60,801 nucleotides of DNA from a virus: IMG/VR virus record IMGVR_UViG_3300049015_000016, positions 1-60,801 of that record; one strand, 5' to 3'. The notes below the pieces were generated by a model, which had not been told where the DNA came from, did no database searches, and worked only from the letters and a program-made list of their open reading frames with translations. Below are positions 24,079 to 34,441 of this stretch, piece after piece (positions within the stretch are counted from its first letter, which is position 1; each line of letters begins with the position of its first letter). The position numbers and the translations under genes were made by a program.

Positions 24079-25959
24079 ATGCCAGATTACTACGTGGACG
24101 CATCGCGTCCTGACGACAGCGGCGCCGGCACCAGCGCGGGTGCGGCGAAGCGCACCATCCAGCCCGTCATTTTCTTCCTGAACTACAGCCTGAACCAGAA
24201 CGTCTGGATCCGAGGCGGCCGGTTTTACGACGTGACGTCCGTCGGTGCTGGCATCCCGGGCATTCAGCGCTCGCACATCAAATTCCGGCCGTATGGCGAC
24301 AGCGGCAACCCGTGCCTGGATGGGCGCAACTGGATCGCGCCCAACACCACCCTGTTCACGCCAGAGGGGCCGGCCGCTGGCGGTGGCTACGTCTGGTCGA
24401 TCCAGCGCGGCACCGCCAACCAGGTTGCGCGCGTGTTCGCAGCGTCGACGAACAACGGCGTGCTACTGTCGCAGCGCACTCAGGGCGAAGCGCTGCGCCG
24501 CGTGCAGGACTCGGTCACCGACAACCTGGCGGTGATTCAGGCCAACCTGTCGGAAACCGACAGCTGGTACGGCGCCGGCTCGACGCTTGGTTATCGCCTC
24601 TACATGTGGACGCCATCGCAATTCATCGACCCGTCCATGTACTACCAGGGCCTGTCGTTCTACCAGTCTGGCCCCGGCACGACGGGATTCACCAACGCCT
24701 TTTCGATCACCAAGGCCCAAGACATCCTCGTGCAGGACATCGACGTCATCGGGGCGCGCAGTGCGGCGATCGCGGTCTTCTCGGCCGATACCGATACTCA
24801 GCCCACGATCGGCATCACCATCGAGCGGTGCAATGTTTTCGGTGCCTACGCCAGCGCCGTGCAGGTGCGGCAAACCGTCTCGCTGGCAGGCATTGCCACA
24901 GGCGCGTACCTGATCTCCGATGTGTTGGTCAAGGACGTCACCGGCAACACCAACTCATCCCCGCGCGAGCAGGAGCCGAATACCAACTACGCATGGAACT
25001 CTTCGCCATCGGACATGTTTATGGCTGTGGATCGCGTGCAGAACGTGCGTTTCGTCCGCTGCCTGTCCATCAATGCACGGCACAGCGCCTATGCGGTCGG
25101 CAACTACGCCGCGAACTCGACGAAGAGCCGGTTGGTCACGTTCACCCAGTGTACGGCGCGGGCCAGCACCTGGAACACGTACGCCCGCGGTTTCGGCGTC
25201 GGAGCCAGCGAGGATTCAGTCGTATTCGATCAGTGCACGTTCGACGGCATGAATGTGCGTTCCCAGCCTGGCGGCTCCATCCTGATCTCGAACTGCGTAT
25301 TCAAAAACGCCCGCGGCTACATCCGTGACCTGCCGGATACGGACGGCCATATCTCGGTGGAGAGTTATATCTCCGACAACGGCACGACAACCATCGGCAA
25401 CGATCGCTACATCTACGTGCAGCCGACGAACATCCGTATCGAAAACTGCTCGTTCGGCCCATCGCCAGGTCCGGCGATCGACATGCTGGCCTATTACGCG
25501 AACCCACTGGTAGGTACGCTTCCATTCGCGCAGATCGCCGCCGGCACGGTCACCCTGCGCAACAACCTGTTCCTGGACATGCACCCCAAGCGTATCGGCA
25601 AGCCGTTCGTCCAGATGCGCGGCGAGGGACCGCTGGTGGTGGGTGACCAGACGTTCGAGAACAACGCCATCTACCGCGGCGGCGCTGTGCCGGATGTGGT
25701 GTACGCCACCGGCCCGAGTGGATCGCCCGTGACCACGACCTACACGGTCAACACGGCGCCAGGTTTCACCACCACGATGACGATCGACCCTCAGGTCGAC
25801 AGCCAGCTGCGTCCGAAGCGCGGCAGCCCGCTGCTGTCCGCCAACACGCGCAACATCAACGGCCGCCCGGACGCGACCGGCCGCCAGCGCAAGGTGTCCA
25901 CCACCATCGGAGCCTACGAGAGCTTCACCGACTACAACCGCAGCACGCGCAGCACCTGA
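24079..25959 (+). CDS. Right-handed beta-helix protein (tailspike / polysaccharide depolymerase-like)
   Basis: N-terminus YYVDASRPDDSGAGTSAGAAKRTIQ is typical of pectate-lyase-fold proteins. 626 aa with repetitive beta composition. Confidence 0.75.
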   Translation: MPDYYVDASRPDDSGAGTSAGAAKRTIQPVIFFLNYSLNQNVWIRGGRFYDVTSVGAGIPGIQRSHIKFRPYGDSGNPCLDGRNWIAPNTTLFTPEGPAAGGGYVWSIQRGTANQVARVFAASTNNGVLLSQRTQGEALRRVQDSVTDNLAVIQANLSETDSWYGAGSTLGYRLYMWTPSQFIDPSMYYQGLSFYQSGPGTTGFTNAFSITKAQDILVQDIDVIGARSAAIAVFSADTDTQPTIGITIERCNVFGAYASAVQVRQTVSLAGIATGAYLISDVLVKDVTGNTNSSPREQEPNTNYAWNSSPSDMFMAVDRVQNVRFVRCLSINARHSAYAVGNYAANSTKSRLVTFTQCTARASTWNTYARGFGVGASEDSVVFDQCTFDGMNVRSQPGGSILISNCVFKNARGYIRDLPDTDGHISVESYISDNGTTTIGNDRYIYVQPTNIRIENCSFGPSPGPAIDMLAYYANPLVGTLPFAQIAAGTVTLRNNLFLDMHPKRIGKPFVQMRGEGPLVVGDQTFENNAIYRGGAVPDVVYATGPSGSPVTTTYTVNTAPGFTTTMTIDPQVDSQLRPKRGSPLLSANTRNINGRPDATGRQRKVSTTIGAYESFTDYNRSTRST

Positions 25960-25978
25960 TCGGAGGAAATCGCCTACC

Positions 25979-26009
25979 AGCCGCCCAAAAGATTCCGGGC
26001 GGCTTTTTT
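25979..26009 (+). terminator. Rho-independent terminator
   Basis: AGCCGCCC ... GGGCGGCT stem followed by a T run. Confidence 0.8.
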
Positions 26010-26050
26010 ATTGCTACAATTCAAGCGTTCCACACAGCAAGGAGGTTGCA

Positions 26051-26377
26051 GTGAATACAGAAATCAGCGCCGGTACGCCGGCACAAGACCAGTACGGCGA
26101 TAGCGAGCAGCGCGGCTACTGCATCGAAATCTATGTCGGCCCCGACAACCAGGTGCAGAGCATCAGCGTGCAGCGCAAGGACGGCGAGGAGCAGGAGGGC
26201 CACGGCAGCGGCCAGCCCGTCAGCAGCATCGACGAGGCCCTGCAGGCCGCCCGCCAGCTGTACGAGCAAGGCGGCGCCGGCACGCGCAGCGACGATCTGG
26301 GCGCCATGGACGGCTACCGCGGCAACGGCCAGCGCCGCAACGTGGCCGGCATCGACGACGTGTTCTCGCGAGGCTGA
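26051..26377 (+). CDS. Hypothetical protein
   Basis: GTG start with AGGAGG upstream; 108 aa. Confidence 0.6.
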   Translation: MNTEISAGTPAQDQYGDSEQRGYCIEIYVGPDNQVQSISVQRKDGEEQEGHGSGQPVSSIDEALQAARQLYEQGGAGTRSDDLGAMDGYRGNGQRRNVAGIDDVFSRG

Positions 26378-26379
26378 TC

Positions 26380-26769
26380 ATGGAAGACGACAAGCCCAGC
26401 CGCTTCGGCTTCGACGAAATCCACGTCTTCGGCCACCAGGTGCCGCAAGAGCGCTACGAGAAAGACCTGTACCGGGTGATGGGCGGTAAACCTGATCCAG
26501 AGCAGCCGTCCCAGCATCAGGACGACACATTCAGCAAACTTCTGGCTCAGCCCGTGGAGAACCCCGTCAGCCGCAAGGCGCTCGACGCCATGTTCCTGAG
26601 CGAGGAAATCCCGATGGAGCAGCTGCGCGCCGCCCGGGACGCCCAGGCCCGCGAGGCCCACAACGCCCAGGTCGACCAGAAGAAGGCCAAGAAGAGACAG
26701 GTAAAGGAGCTGGCCAAGCAGGCCGGCATCCCGACCGCCACCCTGAAGCGCATGCTGGGGCGCAAGTGA
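26380..26769 (+). CDS. Hypothetical protein
   Basis: 129 aa with a basic C-terminal HTH-like tail. Confidence 0.6.
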   Translation: MEDDKPSRFGFDEIHVFGHQVPQERYEKDLYRVMGGKPDPEQPSQHQDDTFSKLLAQPVENPVSRKALDAMFLSEEIPMEQLRAARDAQAREAHNAQVDQKKAKKRQVKELAKQAGIPTATLKRMLGRK

Positions 26770-26963
26770 GCAACAAGCTTTCCGAGCTGAACGCCATCCA
26801 GCGCAACCTGGAGCGCAACATCGTCGCCTGCGTTCGGATCGCCGCCATGCCGGGGAGCTCCAAGTCGCTGCTGACCGCCACGCTCGATAAAGCCTGTACC
26901 TGCGTCGCACGCATTCTGATCGAGAAGGCAAAAATCACGTCGAAAGAGGATTCGGAGCAATAA
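26766..26963 (+). CDS. Hypothetical protein
   Basis: 65 aa; GTGA overlap. Confidence 0.5.
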   Translation: MSNKLSELNAIQRNLERNIVACVRIAAMPGSSKSLLTATLDKACTCVARILIEKAKITSKEDSEQ

Positions 26964-27069
26964 CACAGAAGTTTTTCGCAGTATTCGCCGAACGAAATGC
27001 GCACATCTCGCGCCTTCGCGACGAACAATCTTCAGTTAGGCCGCGCTTCGGCCCCGCCAATACGAGGAA

Positions 27070-27411
27070 ATGATGTCAAGCAAGAAAGAAACTACAGCCA
27101 ATAGTGCTGATAAGAAATCATCTGGTATCAAAAGCACGACCGGTCAGCGCGGCGGCTATCGACCAGGTGCTGGCCGCAAGCCAGGATCGAAGAACAAAAA
27201 GAGCGCCGAGTTGATCGCCGAGATCGAGGCCACGGGCGAGACGCCGCTGGAGTTCATGCTGCGCGTGATGCGCGACAAGGCAAAGCCGTGGGCGGACCGC
27301 ATGGAGATGGCGAAGGCTGCCGCGCCGTACGTGCACGCCAAGCTGTCCAGCGTCGAGATGAACGCGCATGTGACGAACCACGAATCGGCGCTGGATGAAC
27401 TCGATGGATGA
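27070..27411 (+). CDS. Terminase small subunit (putative)
   Basis: GGYRPGAGRKPGSKNK...TPLEFMLRVMRD...AKAAAPYVHAKL pattern. Sits immediately upstream of the large subunit. Confidence 0.7.
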   Translation: MMSSKKETTANSADKKSSGIKSTTGQRGGYRPGAGRKPGSKNKKSAELIAEIEATGETPLEFMLRVMRDKAKPWADRMEMAKAAAPYVHAKLSSVEMNAHVTNHESALDELDG

Positions 27412-28915
27412 GCGCGAGAAGGCGATTCGCAAGCGGCTGCGCAACGACTTTTACCACTACGCCGAGAAGTGCCTAAAGATTCGCACGAAACTGGGCCAGG
27501 TGCAGCCGTTCCAGCTGAACGCGGCGCAGGAGCACATTCACGAGGTGATCGAGGAACAGCTGCGCACGACTGGCAAGGTGCGCGCCATCATCCTGAAGGG
27601 GCGTCAGCAGGGTTGCTCCACCTACGTCGAGGGGCGCTTCTACTGGAAGGTCACGCACCGCAAAGGCGTGCGCGCGTTCATCCTGACGCACGAGGGCGAG
27701 GCGACGAACAACCTGTTCGAGCTGGTCGACCGGTACCACGAGAACTGCCCGGCGCTGGTGCGGCCGCACACCGGCAACGCGAACGCGAAGGAGCTGTCTT
27801 TCGATCGACTTGATTCCGGCTACAAGGTGGGTACCGCCGGCAGTACGGCAGTGGGCCGCGGTTCGACGATCCAGTTCTTCCACGGTTCGGAGGTAGCATT
27901 CTGGCCGAATGCCGAGACGCACGCGGCTGGCGTGCTACAGGCCATCCCTGACGCGCCGGGCACAGAGATCATCAAGGAGTCGACGGCGAACGGCCTGGGC
28001 AACTACTTCCATCGGGAGTGGCAACTGGCCGAATCTGGCAAGTCCGAGTATCTGGCGATCTTCGTGCCATGGTACTGGCAGGATGAGTACAAGCGGCCCG
28101 TGCCGACGGACTTCACGCTGACAGATGAGGAAGAGGCGTACATGGATGCCTACAGGCTGACCCTTGAGCAGATGGTCTGGCGGCGCAACAAAATCACCGA
28201 GCTGGGCGAACTGCTGTTCAAGCAGGAATACCCGGCAACAGCAGCGGAGGCCTTTCAGATGTCCGGGCACGACCCATTCATTCCCGCCGAGATGGCGGTC
28301 GCGGCCCGCAAGGCCGCGTTCGAGGGCGTCGGCCCGCGCAAGCTGGGCGTGGACCCGGCACGGTTCGGCGACGACCGCTCGTCCATTACCTACCGACAAG
28401 GGCGCAAGGTGCATTGGGTGCGCACGTACGAGAAGCTGAGCACCATGCAGCTGGCCGGCATCGTGCGGCAGGCGATCAAGGAAGTGGCCGCCGACCAGTG
28501 TGCAATCGACATCGGTGGGCTGGGCGCCGGCGTGTACGACCGGCTGCAGGAGTTGGTGCCTGAAACCGAGTGCCAGCTGGTCGCCGTGAACAGCGGCGAA
28601 ACACCGATCGACCAGGTCAAGTATTACAACAAGCGCGCCGAGATGTGGGGCGAGATGAAGGAGTGGCTGGCCAAGGGTGCCGACATACCCGACTCGGACG
28701 AAATGCAGGCCGACCTGACGCAGATCAAGTACAGCTATGACAGCAACAGCCGGCTGAAGATGGAGAAGAAAGAGGACATGAAGAAGCGGGGGCTGCGCTC
28801 GCCTGACCATGCCGATTCGTTGGGCCTGACCTTCGCAGAGCCGGTCCAGCCGCCGAAGAAGAAAGCCATCCCGGTGGTGGAGCGTCGGGTGCTTGATCCG
28901 TCGATGGGATACTGA
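27395..28915 (+). CDS. Terminase large subunit
   Basis: Walker A-like ILKGRQQGCSTY, 506 aa, with a nuclease-type acidic C-terminal half. Position fits. Confidence 0.85.
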   Translation: MNSMDEREKAIRKRLRNDFYHYAEKCLKIRTKLGQVQPFQLNAAQEHIHEVIEEQLRTTGKVRAIILKGRQQGCSTYVEGRFYWKVTHRKGVRAFILTHEGEATNNLFELVDRYHENCPALVRPHTGNANAKELSFDRLDSGYKVGTAGSTAVGRGSTIQFFHGSEVAFWPNAETHAAGVLQAIPDAPGTEIIKESTANGLGNYFHREWQLAESGKSEYLAIFVPWYWQDEYKRPVPTDFTLTDEEEAYMDAYRLTLEQMVWRRNKITELGELLFKQEYPATAAEAFQMSGHDPFIPAEMAVAARKAAFEGVGPRKLGVDPARFGDDRSSITYRQGRKVHWVRTYEKLSTMQLAGIVRQAIKEVAADQCAIDIGGLGAGVYDRLQELVPETECQLVAVNSGETPIDQVKYYNKRAEMWGEMKEWLAKGADIPDSDEMQADLTQIKYSYDSNSRLKMEKKEDMKKRGLRSPDHADSLGLTFAEPVQPPKKKAIPVVERRVLDPSMGY

Positions 28916-28928
28916 CCCATTGACAACC

Positions 28929-28966
28929 GGAACAATTGTCGCCAGCAAATTGTTTCCGTGTATAAT
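28929..28966 (+). promoter_or_regulatory. Candidate extended -10 promoter with inverted repeat
   Basis: TGTATAATT at 28959-28967. The inverted repeat AACAATT (28931-28937) / AATTGTT (28948-28954) sits at the -35 position. Confidence 0.45.
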
Positions 28967-29072
28967 TTCCATGCACTGAAGTAAGTCATTTTGCCGTGCC
29001 CCGTCAAACGGGTGTTCTCCATGGGGAGGACAGCGGGTCAGATTCCCGCCGCGGCGCCTAAATGAGGTCCGC

Positions 29073-31478
29073 ATGGAACAAATCGAGCAGGGCGGCGCGT
29101 ACGACGCCGATGCTGTCACACCCGAGCAGCAAGCCGCCGAGCGCCGTGCTGCGGTCCTGGGCGCGTTGTCGTCCGTCCTGCTGACCTGCCGGACGGAGGC
29201 GGTCGCCGCGCGTACCTCATGCGGCATCGAAACCGAGTGGCAGGGCGACGAGGAGTTCTACCAGGGCTACGACGACGCCAACCGCCACGAGTTCAGCCAC
29301 ACCGCGCAGAAACCCGCGCACGGCAGCGCAGCGCCAGCCGGCAAGCGCGACGGCGAAGCAACAGGGTCCACCGTCTTCCCGAACATCACCCAGCCGTACG
29401 TCGATGCCGCCGCCGCGCGCGTGGGCGACATGCTGCTACCGACCGACGACCGCAACTTCGCCATCGAGCCCACGCCGATCCCCGACCTGTTCGAGGGACT
29501 GGAGCAGGCCATCGCCGCGAACCAGCCGAAGCCGGCCGCCGCGCCGATTCCGCAGCCGAATATTCAGGCGCAGTCGATGGGCGTGCCCGGCATGCCAGGT
29601 GCTGCTGGCGGCGCACCGAACATGGCCGGCATGGCTCCTGCTGGCCTTGCGGCACCGCAAGGCGCGGGCGGACCTCCAGCCGCCCCCGAGCCGCAGGTGT
29701 CGGTAGACGGCGTCGTGATGGCCATCTCGCAGGCGAAAGAGAAGTTCGACGCCATGAAGGCCGACGCCAAGCACCGCGCCGACAAGGCCCAGGAGCAGGT
29801 CGACGACTGGTTGCAGGAGTGCCAATACCACGCCGAGATGCGCAAGGTCATCGACGACGCGGCCAAGTTGGGCAGCGGCGTCATCAAGGGCCCGGTGCCC
29901 GTCAAGCGCAAGGCCACGATGTGGACGCGCAACCCGGTGACGGGCGTCTACGAGATGGTCATGGTCGAGGAGATCAAGCCGGCCAGCTACCGCGTCGACC
30001 CGTGGGATCTGTACCCGGACCCGGCCTGCGGCGAATCGATCCACCGCGGCACGTACGTGTGGGAGCGTGACCGCCAGACGCCGAAGTGCCTGGAAAGCAT
30101 GAAGGGCCTGCCCGGCTACATCGACGACGTGATCGACCAGGTGCTGCGCGAAGGCCCGTCCCGCGTGCACGAGGCCGACACGCGCAACCTGATGTCCGAC
30201 CAGTACGCCCGAAACACGCTCTTCGACGTCTGGTACTACCACGGCGCGATCCGAGCCGGTGAGCTGCGCGCCGCCGGCGTGGACCTGGGCGACGGCGTGG
30301 CGGACGAGGAGTCCTACCCGGCGATGATCACAATCGTCAACGACAAGATCATCCGCGCCTCGCTGAACCCGCTGGATGACGGCCAGTTCCCGTACGACGT
30401 GATCCCCTGGAAGCGCCGCCCCGGCATGCCGTGGGGCATGGGCGTGTCGCGCCAGATGCGCACGCCGCAGCGCATCGTGGTGGCCGCCACCCGCAACCTG
30501 ATGGACAACGCCGGCCTGGCTTCCGGCCCGCAGATCGTGCTCCGCAACGGTACCGAGCCGGCCAACAACGTGTGGGAAGTCAAGCCGCTGAAGATGTGGC
30601 GCCAGACTGAAGACGCGCCGCCCGGCACCGGCATCCCGCTGGAATCGGTCGTGATCCCCATGCTGCAGGTCGAGCTGATGAACATCATCCAGTTCGGCAT
30701 GAAGATGGCCGAGGACGTGACCGGCCTGCCGATGCTGCTGCAAGGCCAGCAGGGCCAGGCCCCGGATACCGTGGGCGGCCTGACGATCCTGAATAACAAC
30801 GCCAACAGCGTGTTGCGCCGCATCGCGCGCCTGTTCGACTCCTCGATCACCGAACCGCACATCCGCCGCTACTACACGTGGCTGATGGAATACAGCGACG
30901 ACGACGAGGCCAAGGGCGACTTCCAGATCATCGCCCGCGGTAGCACGGCGCTGGTCGAGCGCGATATTCAGGGCCAGGAACTGGTGCAGGTGCTGCAGCT
31001 GTCCACGAACCCGGCGTTCGGCCTGAGCCCGGAGCGCACCGCCGAGGAATACCTGAAGTCGCGGCGCTTCGACCCAGCGGCATTCAAGCTGACCGACGAG
31101 GAGAAGCAGGCCGCCGCGCAGCAGCAACCGCCGGAAGACCCGCGCGTGACCGCCGCGAAGATCATGGCCGACACCACGATGAAGCGCGACCAGCAGAAGC
31201 AGCAGCACGAGTCGCAGGAAGCCGACAAGGATCGCCAGTTCGAGCAGTTCATGACGCAGCTGACGGCAGACCTGGATGCTCAGCTGAACGAGCGCCAGCA
31301 GGCCGGACAGCAAACGATCGCGTTCGCCGACGTGAAGGCGATGCTGGCCGCGACGACGATGCGCCTGCAGACGCAGAAGGAGCTGTCTTACCAGAACACC
31401 GCCGGCGCCGCGCAAATGGCCACGCCGCCTACCGAACCAGCAGGCCGCGCTGCCGCTGGCCACGCATACGAGGCATAA
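29073..31478 (+). CDS. Portal protein (putative)
   Basis: 801 aa, directly after the terminase and before the scaffold and capsid genes. Confidence 0.75.
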   Translation: MEQIEQGGAYDADAVTPEQQAAERRAAVLGALSSVLLTCRTEAVAARTSCGIETEWQGDEEFYQGYDDANRHEFSHTAQKPAHGSAAPAGKRDGEATGSTVFPNITQPYVDAAAARVGDMLLPTDDRNFAIEPTPIPDLFEGLEQAIAANQPKPAAAPIPQPNIQAQSMGVPGMPGAAGGAPNMAGMAPAGLAAPQGAGGPPAAPEPQVSVDGVVMAISQAKEKFDAMKADAKHRADKAQEQVDDWLQECQYHAEMRKVIDDAAKLGSGVIKGPVPVKRKATMWTRNPVTGVYEMVMVEEIKPASYRVDPWDLYPDPACGESIHRGTYVWERDRQTPKCLESMKGLPGYIDDVIDQVLREGPSRVHEADTRNLMSDQYARNTLFDVWYYHGAIRAGELRAAGVDLGDGVADEESYPAMITIVNDKIIRASLNPLDDGQFPYDVIPWKRRPGMPWGMGVSRQMRTPQRIVVAATRNLMDNAGLASGPQIVLRNGTEPANNVWEVKPLKMWRQTEDAPPGTGIPLESVVIPMLQVELMNIIQFGMKMAEDVTGLPMLLQGQQGQAPDTVGGLTILNNNANSVLRRIARLFDSSITEPHIRRYYTWLMEYSDDDEAKGDFQIIARGSTALVERDIQGQELVQVLQLSTNPAFGLSPERTAEEYLKSRRFDPAAFKLTDEEKQAAAQQQPPEDPRVTAAKIMADTTMKRDQQKQQHESQEADKDRQFEQFMTQLTADLDAQLNERQQAGQQTIAFADVKAMLAATTMRLQTQKELSYQNTAGAAQMATPPTEPAGRAAAGHAYEA

Positions 31479-31481
31479 GCG

Positions 31482-31706
31482 ATGACCGCGAAGCTGCGAT
31501 TGGGCCGGCATCAGGCGAACAACGAAGTGTGGACGATGATCAGCGCCCACTACCAGCAGCGCCTGCAGTTGCTGCGCGCGAAGCTGGAGAACCCGCTGAC
31601 GCCCGAAGCGGATCGCACGGGTCTGATTTACCGCATCGACGAGATCAAGCGCCTGCTGGCCGCCGCCGAGCAGGACGACAAGGATGTGGCAGACGCTGGC
31701 CTGTAG
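31482..31706 (+). CDS. Hypothetical protein
   Basis: 74 aa, helical. Confidence 0.55.
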   Translation: MTAKLRLGRHQANNEVWTMISAHYQQRLQLLRAKLENPLTPEADRTGLIYRIDEIKRLLAAAEQDDKDVADAGL

Positions 31707-31765
31707 GTCACCCTCTGCCGTTTGAGCCGGCCCACGGGCTGGTGTTTTACCTGGAGAAGTAAGCA

Positions 31766-32758
31766 ATGAGCGACAACACGGAAAACGATGTTGCGGTAGA
31801 CCCGGCAGAAGAGGCAGCGGAAGCCGCCGCGATTGCCGAGGCGATGGCAGGTTACCAGGCGCGCGCGAAAGCCCCCGCCGTGGAACAGGCCGCGCCGCCA
31901 GCAGCACCAGCGGAACCTGTCGAACCCGAACCAGCGCCGGCACCTGCCGCTGCTGCGCCGGCCGACAAGCCGCAACCCGCCGAAGTCCCCAACCTGCTCG
32001 ACGATGACACTGCGCCGCCGGCCCCGGAACCGACGCTTGCTCAGGCCCTCGCCGATCTGGCGGAACTGAAGGCCGCCGTGAAGTCCTCCAGCGGTGACCC
32101 CGATGCCATCCGACGTCTGCATGGCGAACTGGGGAACATGAACCGCACGCTGCAGCAGCTGGTGAAAAACCCGGCGACAGCGTCCACCACACCCGCCTCC
32201 GCGCCCGCCGATGATGAACTGGCCGCCGCGATCAACAGGGCAAAGCAGGTGGCAGACGCCTACCCGGACATCGGTGGCCCGCTGGTTGAAGCCCTCGAGG
32301 CGACGGCCAAGCGCACCGGTCCCAAGGGGATGAGTGCTGAAGAGATCTCTGCACTTGTGACCCAGCAGACCCAGCAAGCTGCGGCAGCCGCAGCAGAGCA
32401 AGCCCGTGTGCAACTGGCACAGCAGTCGCTCCAAGAAGAGCATCCGGACTGGCACGTCGTCCGCGAAACAGCCGCATTCAAAAAGTGGTTCGAAGCGCAA
32501 CCCGAAGAGTACCGGACGCGCGTCGAGAACACCTGGAATCCCGCTGTCGTGGCGAAGTCCTTGACGGAGTTCAAGACGGAGCTGCAGCGCCAGAAGGATC
32601 AGCGCAACCAGAAACAGAACCGCCTGGCCGCCGCCGTCACGCCACCCCGTGGCGATTCGCAGCAGGCCAAACCATCGACCATCCCGGACGAGCGCGGCGC
32701 AGAAATCGGATACGCATCCGTCAAGCGCCTGAACTCGTCCACCTTCGCTAAACGGTGA
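31766..32758 (+). CDS. Scaffolding protein (putative)
   Basis: 330 aa, Ala/Glu/Pro-rich and helical. Sits immediately upstream of the capsid gene. Confidence 0.6.
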   Translation: MSDNTENDVAVDPAEEAAEAAAIAEAMAGYQARAKAPAVEQAAPPAAPAEPVEPEPAPAPAAAAPADKPQPAEVPNLLDDDTAPPAPEPTLAQALADLAELKAAVKSSSGDPDAIRRLHGELGNMNRTLQQLVKNPATASTTPASAPADDELAAAINRAKQVADAYPDIGGPLVEALEATAKRTGPKGMSAEEISALVTQQTQQAAAAAAEQARVQLAQQSLQEEHPDWHVVRETAAFKKWFEAQPEEYRTRVENTWNPAVVAKSLTEFKTELQRQKDQRNQKQNRLAAAVTPPRGDSQQAKPSTIPDERGAEIGYASVKRLNSSTFAKR

Positions 32759-33801
32759 ACAACATGACGCAGAATACCTACACCAGCCCACTGGGCCGGA
32801 TCAACCAGATCAAGGGCGAAATGCTCGCGATCGCCGAGCCGCACGAAGTGCTGGCCCTGGGCACGACCATGAAGAAAATGCCGCGCAACAAGGGTGACAA
32901 CATCACCTACCGCGCGCGCATCCCGACCGGCGGTTCGACCGCCACGTCGAACTCGATCAACCGCTGGTCCGTCAACGCAGCCGCGCACCTCGTGCAGGAA
33001 GGTGTCACGCCGCCGGCCGAGTCGCTGATCTACCGCGACGTGAACGTGCGCATCAACCAATACGCCGTGCTGTACATGTACACCGACAAGGTGGCCGACC
33101 TGCACGAAGACGACATCCCGAACGACCAGAAGCTGCAAACCGCGGAACGCATGGGTCTGGTCCGCGAGATGATCCGCTACGGCGTGCTGAAGGCGGCCAC
33201 GAACGTGCTGTTCGCCGGTGGCACCTCGCGCGCCACGGTGAGCTCGGCGGTCACGTACAACTCGCTGTCGCTGATGTCCCGCACCCTGCAAGCCAACGGC
33301 GCCAAGATGAAAACGAAGATCCTGGCCCCGGGCCCGAACTACGACACGGCCGCCATCGAGGCCGGCTACATCGTGTTCTGCCACACGGACTGCGAACACG
33401 ACATCCGCCGCCTGGAGGACTTCACGCCCGTGGCGAAGTACGCCAGCCGCCAGCCGATCAACGAGCACGAGCTGGGCTCCGTCGGCCGCTTCCGCTTCAT
33501 CACGTCGAAGGAGCTGGCGCCGTACGCGGACGCCGGCGCCGCCGTCGGCTCGACCGGCCTGTATTCGACGACCGGCACGAACATCGACGTGTACCCGATG
33601 ATCGTGATGGCCGAGGACGCAGCGTTCGACGTGGCGCTGAACACGAACTTCGAAGTCACCCACATCGCAGCGGACCAGAAGTCGAAAGAGGATCCGCTGG
33701 GCCAGCGCGGCTACGTCGGCGCCAAGTTCTACTCGGCGGCCCTCGTGGCCAACCCGGGCTGGATGGGCGTCATCGAGTGCGGCGTCACCAACCTGGGCTG
33801 A
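32755..33801 (+). CDS. Major capsid protein (putative)
   Basis: About 345 aa, followed by a terminator/attenuator. Alternative ATG at 32764. Confidence 0.75.
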   Translation: MNNMTQNTYTSPLGRINQIKGEMLAIAEPHEVLALGTTMKKMPRNKGDNITYRARIPTGGSTATSNSINRWSVNAAAHLVQEGVTPPAESLIYRDVNVRINQYAVLYMYTDKVADLHEDDIPNDQKLQTAERMGLVREMIRYGVLKAATNVLFAGGTSRATVSSAVTYNSLSLMSRTLQANGAKMKTKILAPGPNYDTAAIEAGYIVFCHTDCEHDIRRLEDFTPVAKYASRQPINEHELGSVGRFRFITSKELAPYADAGAAVGSTGLYSTTGTNIDVYPMIVMAEDAAFDVALNTNFEVTHIAADQKSKEDPLGQRGYVGAKFYSAALVANPGWMGVIECGVTNLG

Positions 33802-33820
33802 TCACCGACAGCCTGACGAT

Positions 33821-33843
33821 GCCCCGGTCCTCCGGGGCGTTTT
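33821..33843 (+). terminator. Hairpin terminator/attenuator after the capsid gene
   Basis: GCCCCGG-tcct-CCGGGGC followed by GTTTT. Confidence 0.7.
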
Positions 33844-33871
33844 CGCAACCATCAAGACAGGAAACTGAATC

Positions 33872-34369
33872 ATGCATAACCAACTGAACGTGAAAGCCCT
33901 GACGATCAACCTGGCGAACGCCGGGCTGACCGCAGGTACGACGTCCACGTACACCACGACGGCATCGACCAACGCCGTGGTGCTGGGCAAATTCACCACC
34001 GCGCTGACCGCGCAGACGAACACGGCGTCGCCGACGACCGACGTCAACACGGGCGTGGCCTTCAAGTCGCTGGCCATCAACCAGGCCACCGTGCTGGTGT
34101 GGGGCGTGACCGTTGCCGGCGCCATCCGCGTCGCGCAGGGCTCGATCGAGAACACGGCCGCCGGCGTGACCACCACGCCCGGCACGGTGATCGTGGCGCC
34201 GCAGTTCCCGGTGCTGCCCGACGACTTCTGCCCGATCGGCTACACGGTCGTGCGCACGGCGCCGTCGGCATCGACCTGGACGCCGGGCACGTCGTCGTGG
34301 GCCGCCACGGGCGTGACGTCGACGTTCACGAACGTGTCGACCCTGCCGGACCGTCCGCAGATCGCGTAA
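33872..34369 (+). CDS. Virion protein (possible capsid decoration)
   Basis: 165 aa, Thr/Ala/Val-rich beta composition. Confidence 0.6.
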   Translation: MHNQLNVKALTINLANAGLTAGTTSTYTTTASTNAVVLGKFTTALTAQTNTASPTTDVNTGVAFKSLAINQATVLVWGVTVAGAIRVAQGSIENTAAGVTTTPGTVIVAPQFPVLPDDFCPIGYTVVRTAPSASTWTPGTSSWAATGVTSTFTNVSTLPDRPQIA

Positions 34370-34441
34370 CGATCCATCCTGCTGTTCCACTCTAACGGCG
34401 GCCTCTTCGGGGGCTGCTGATAACCCCAAAGGAGAAACACC

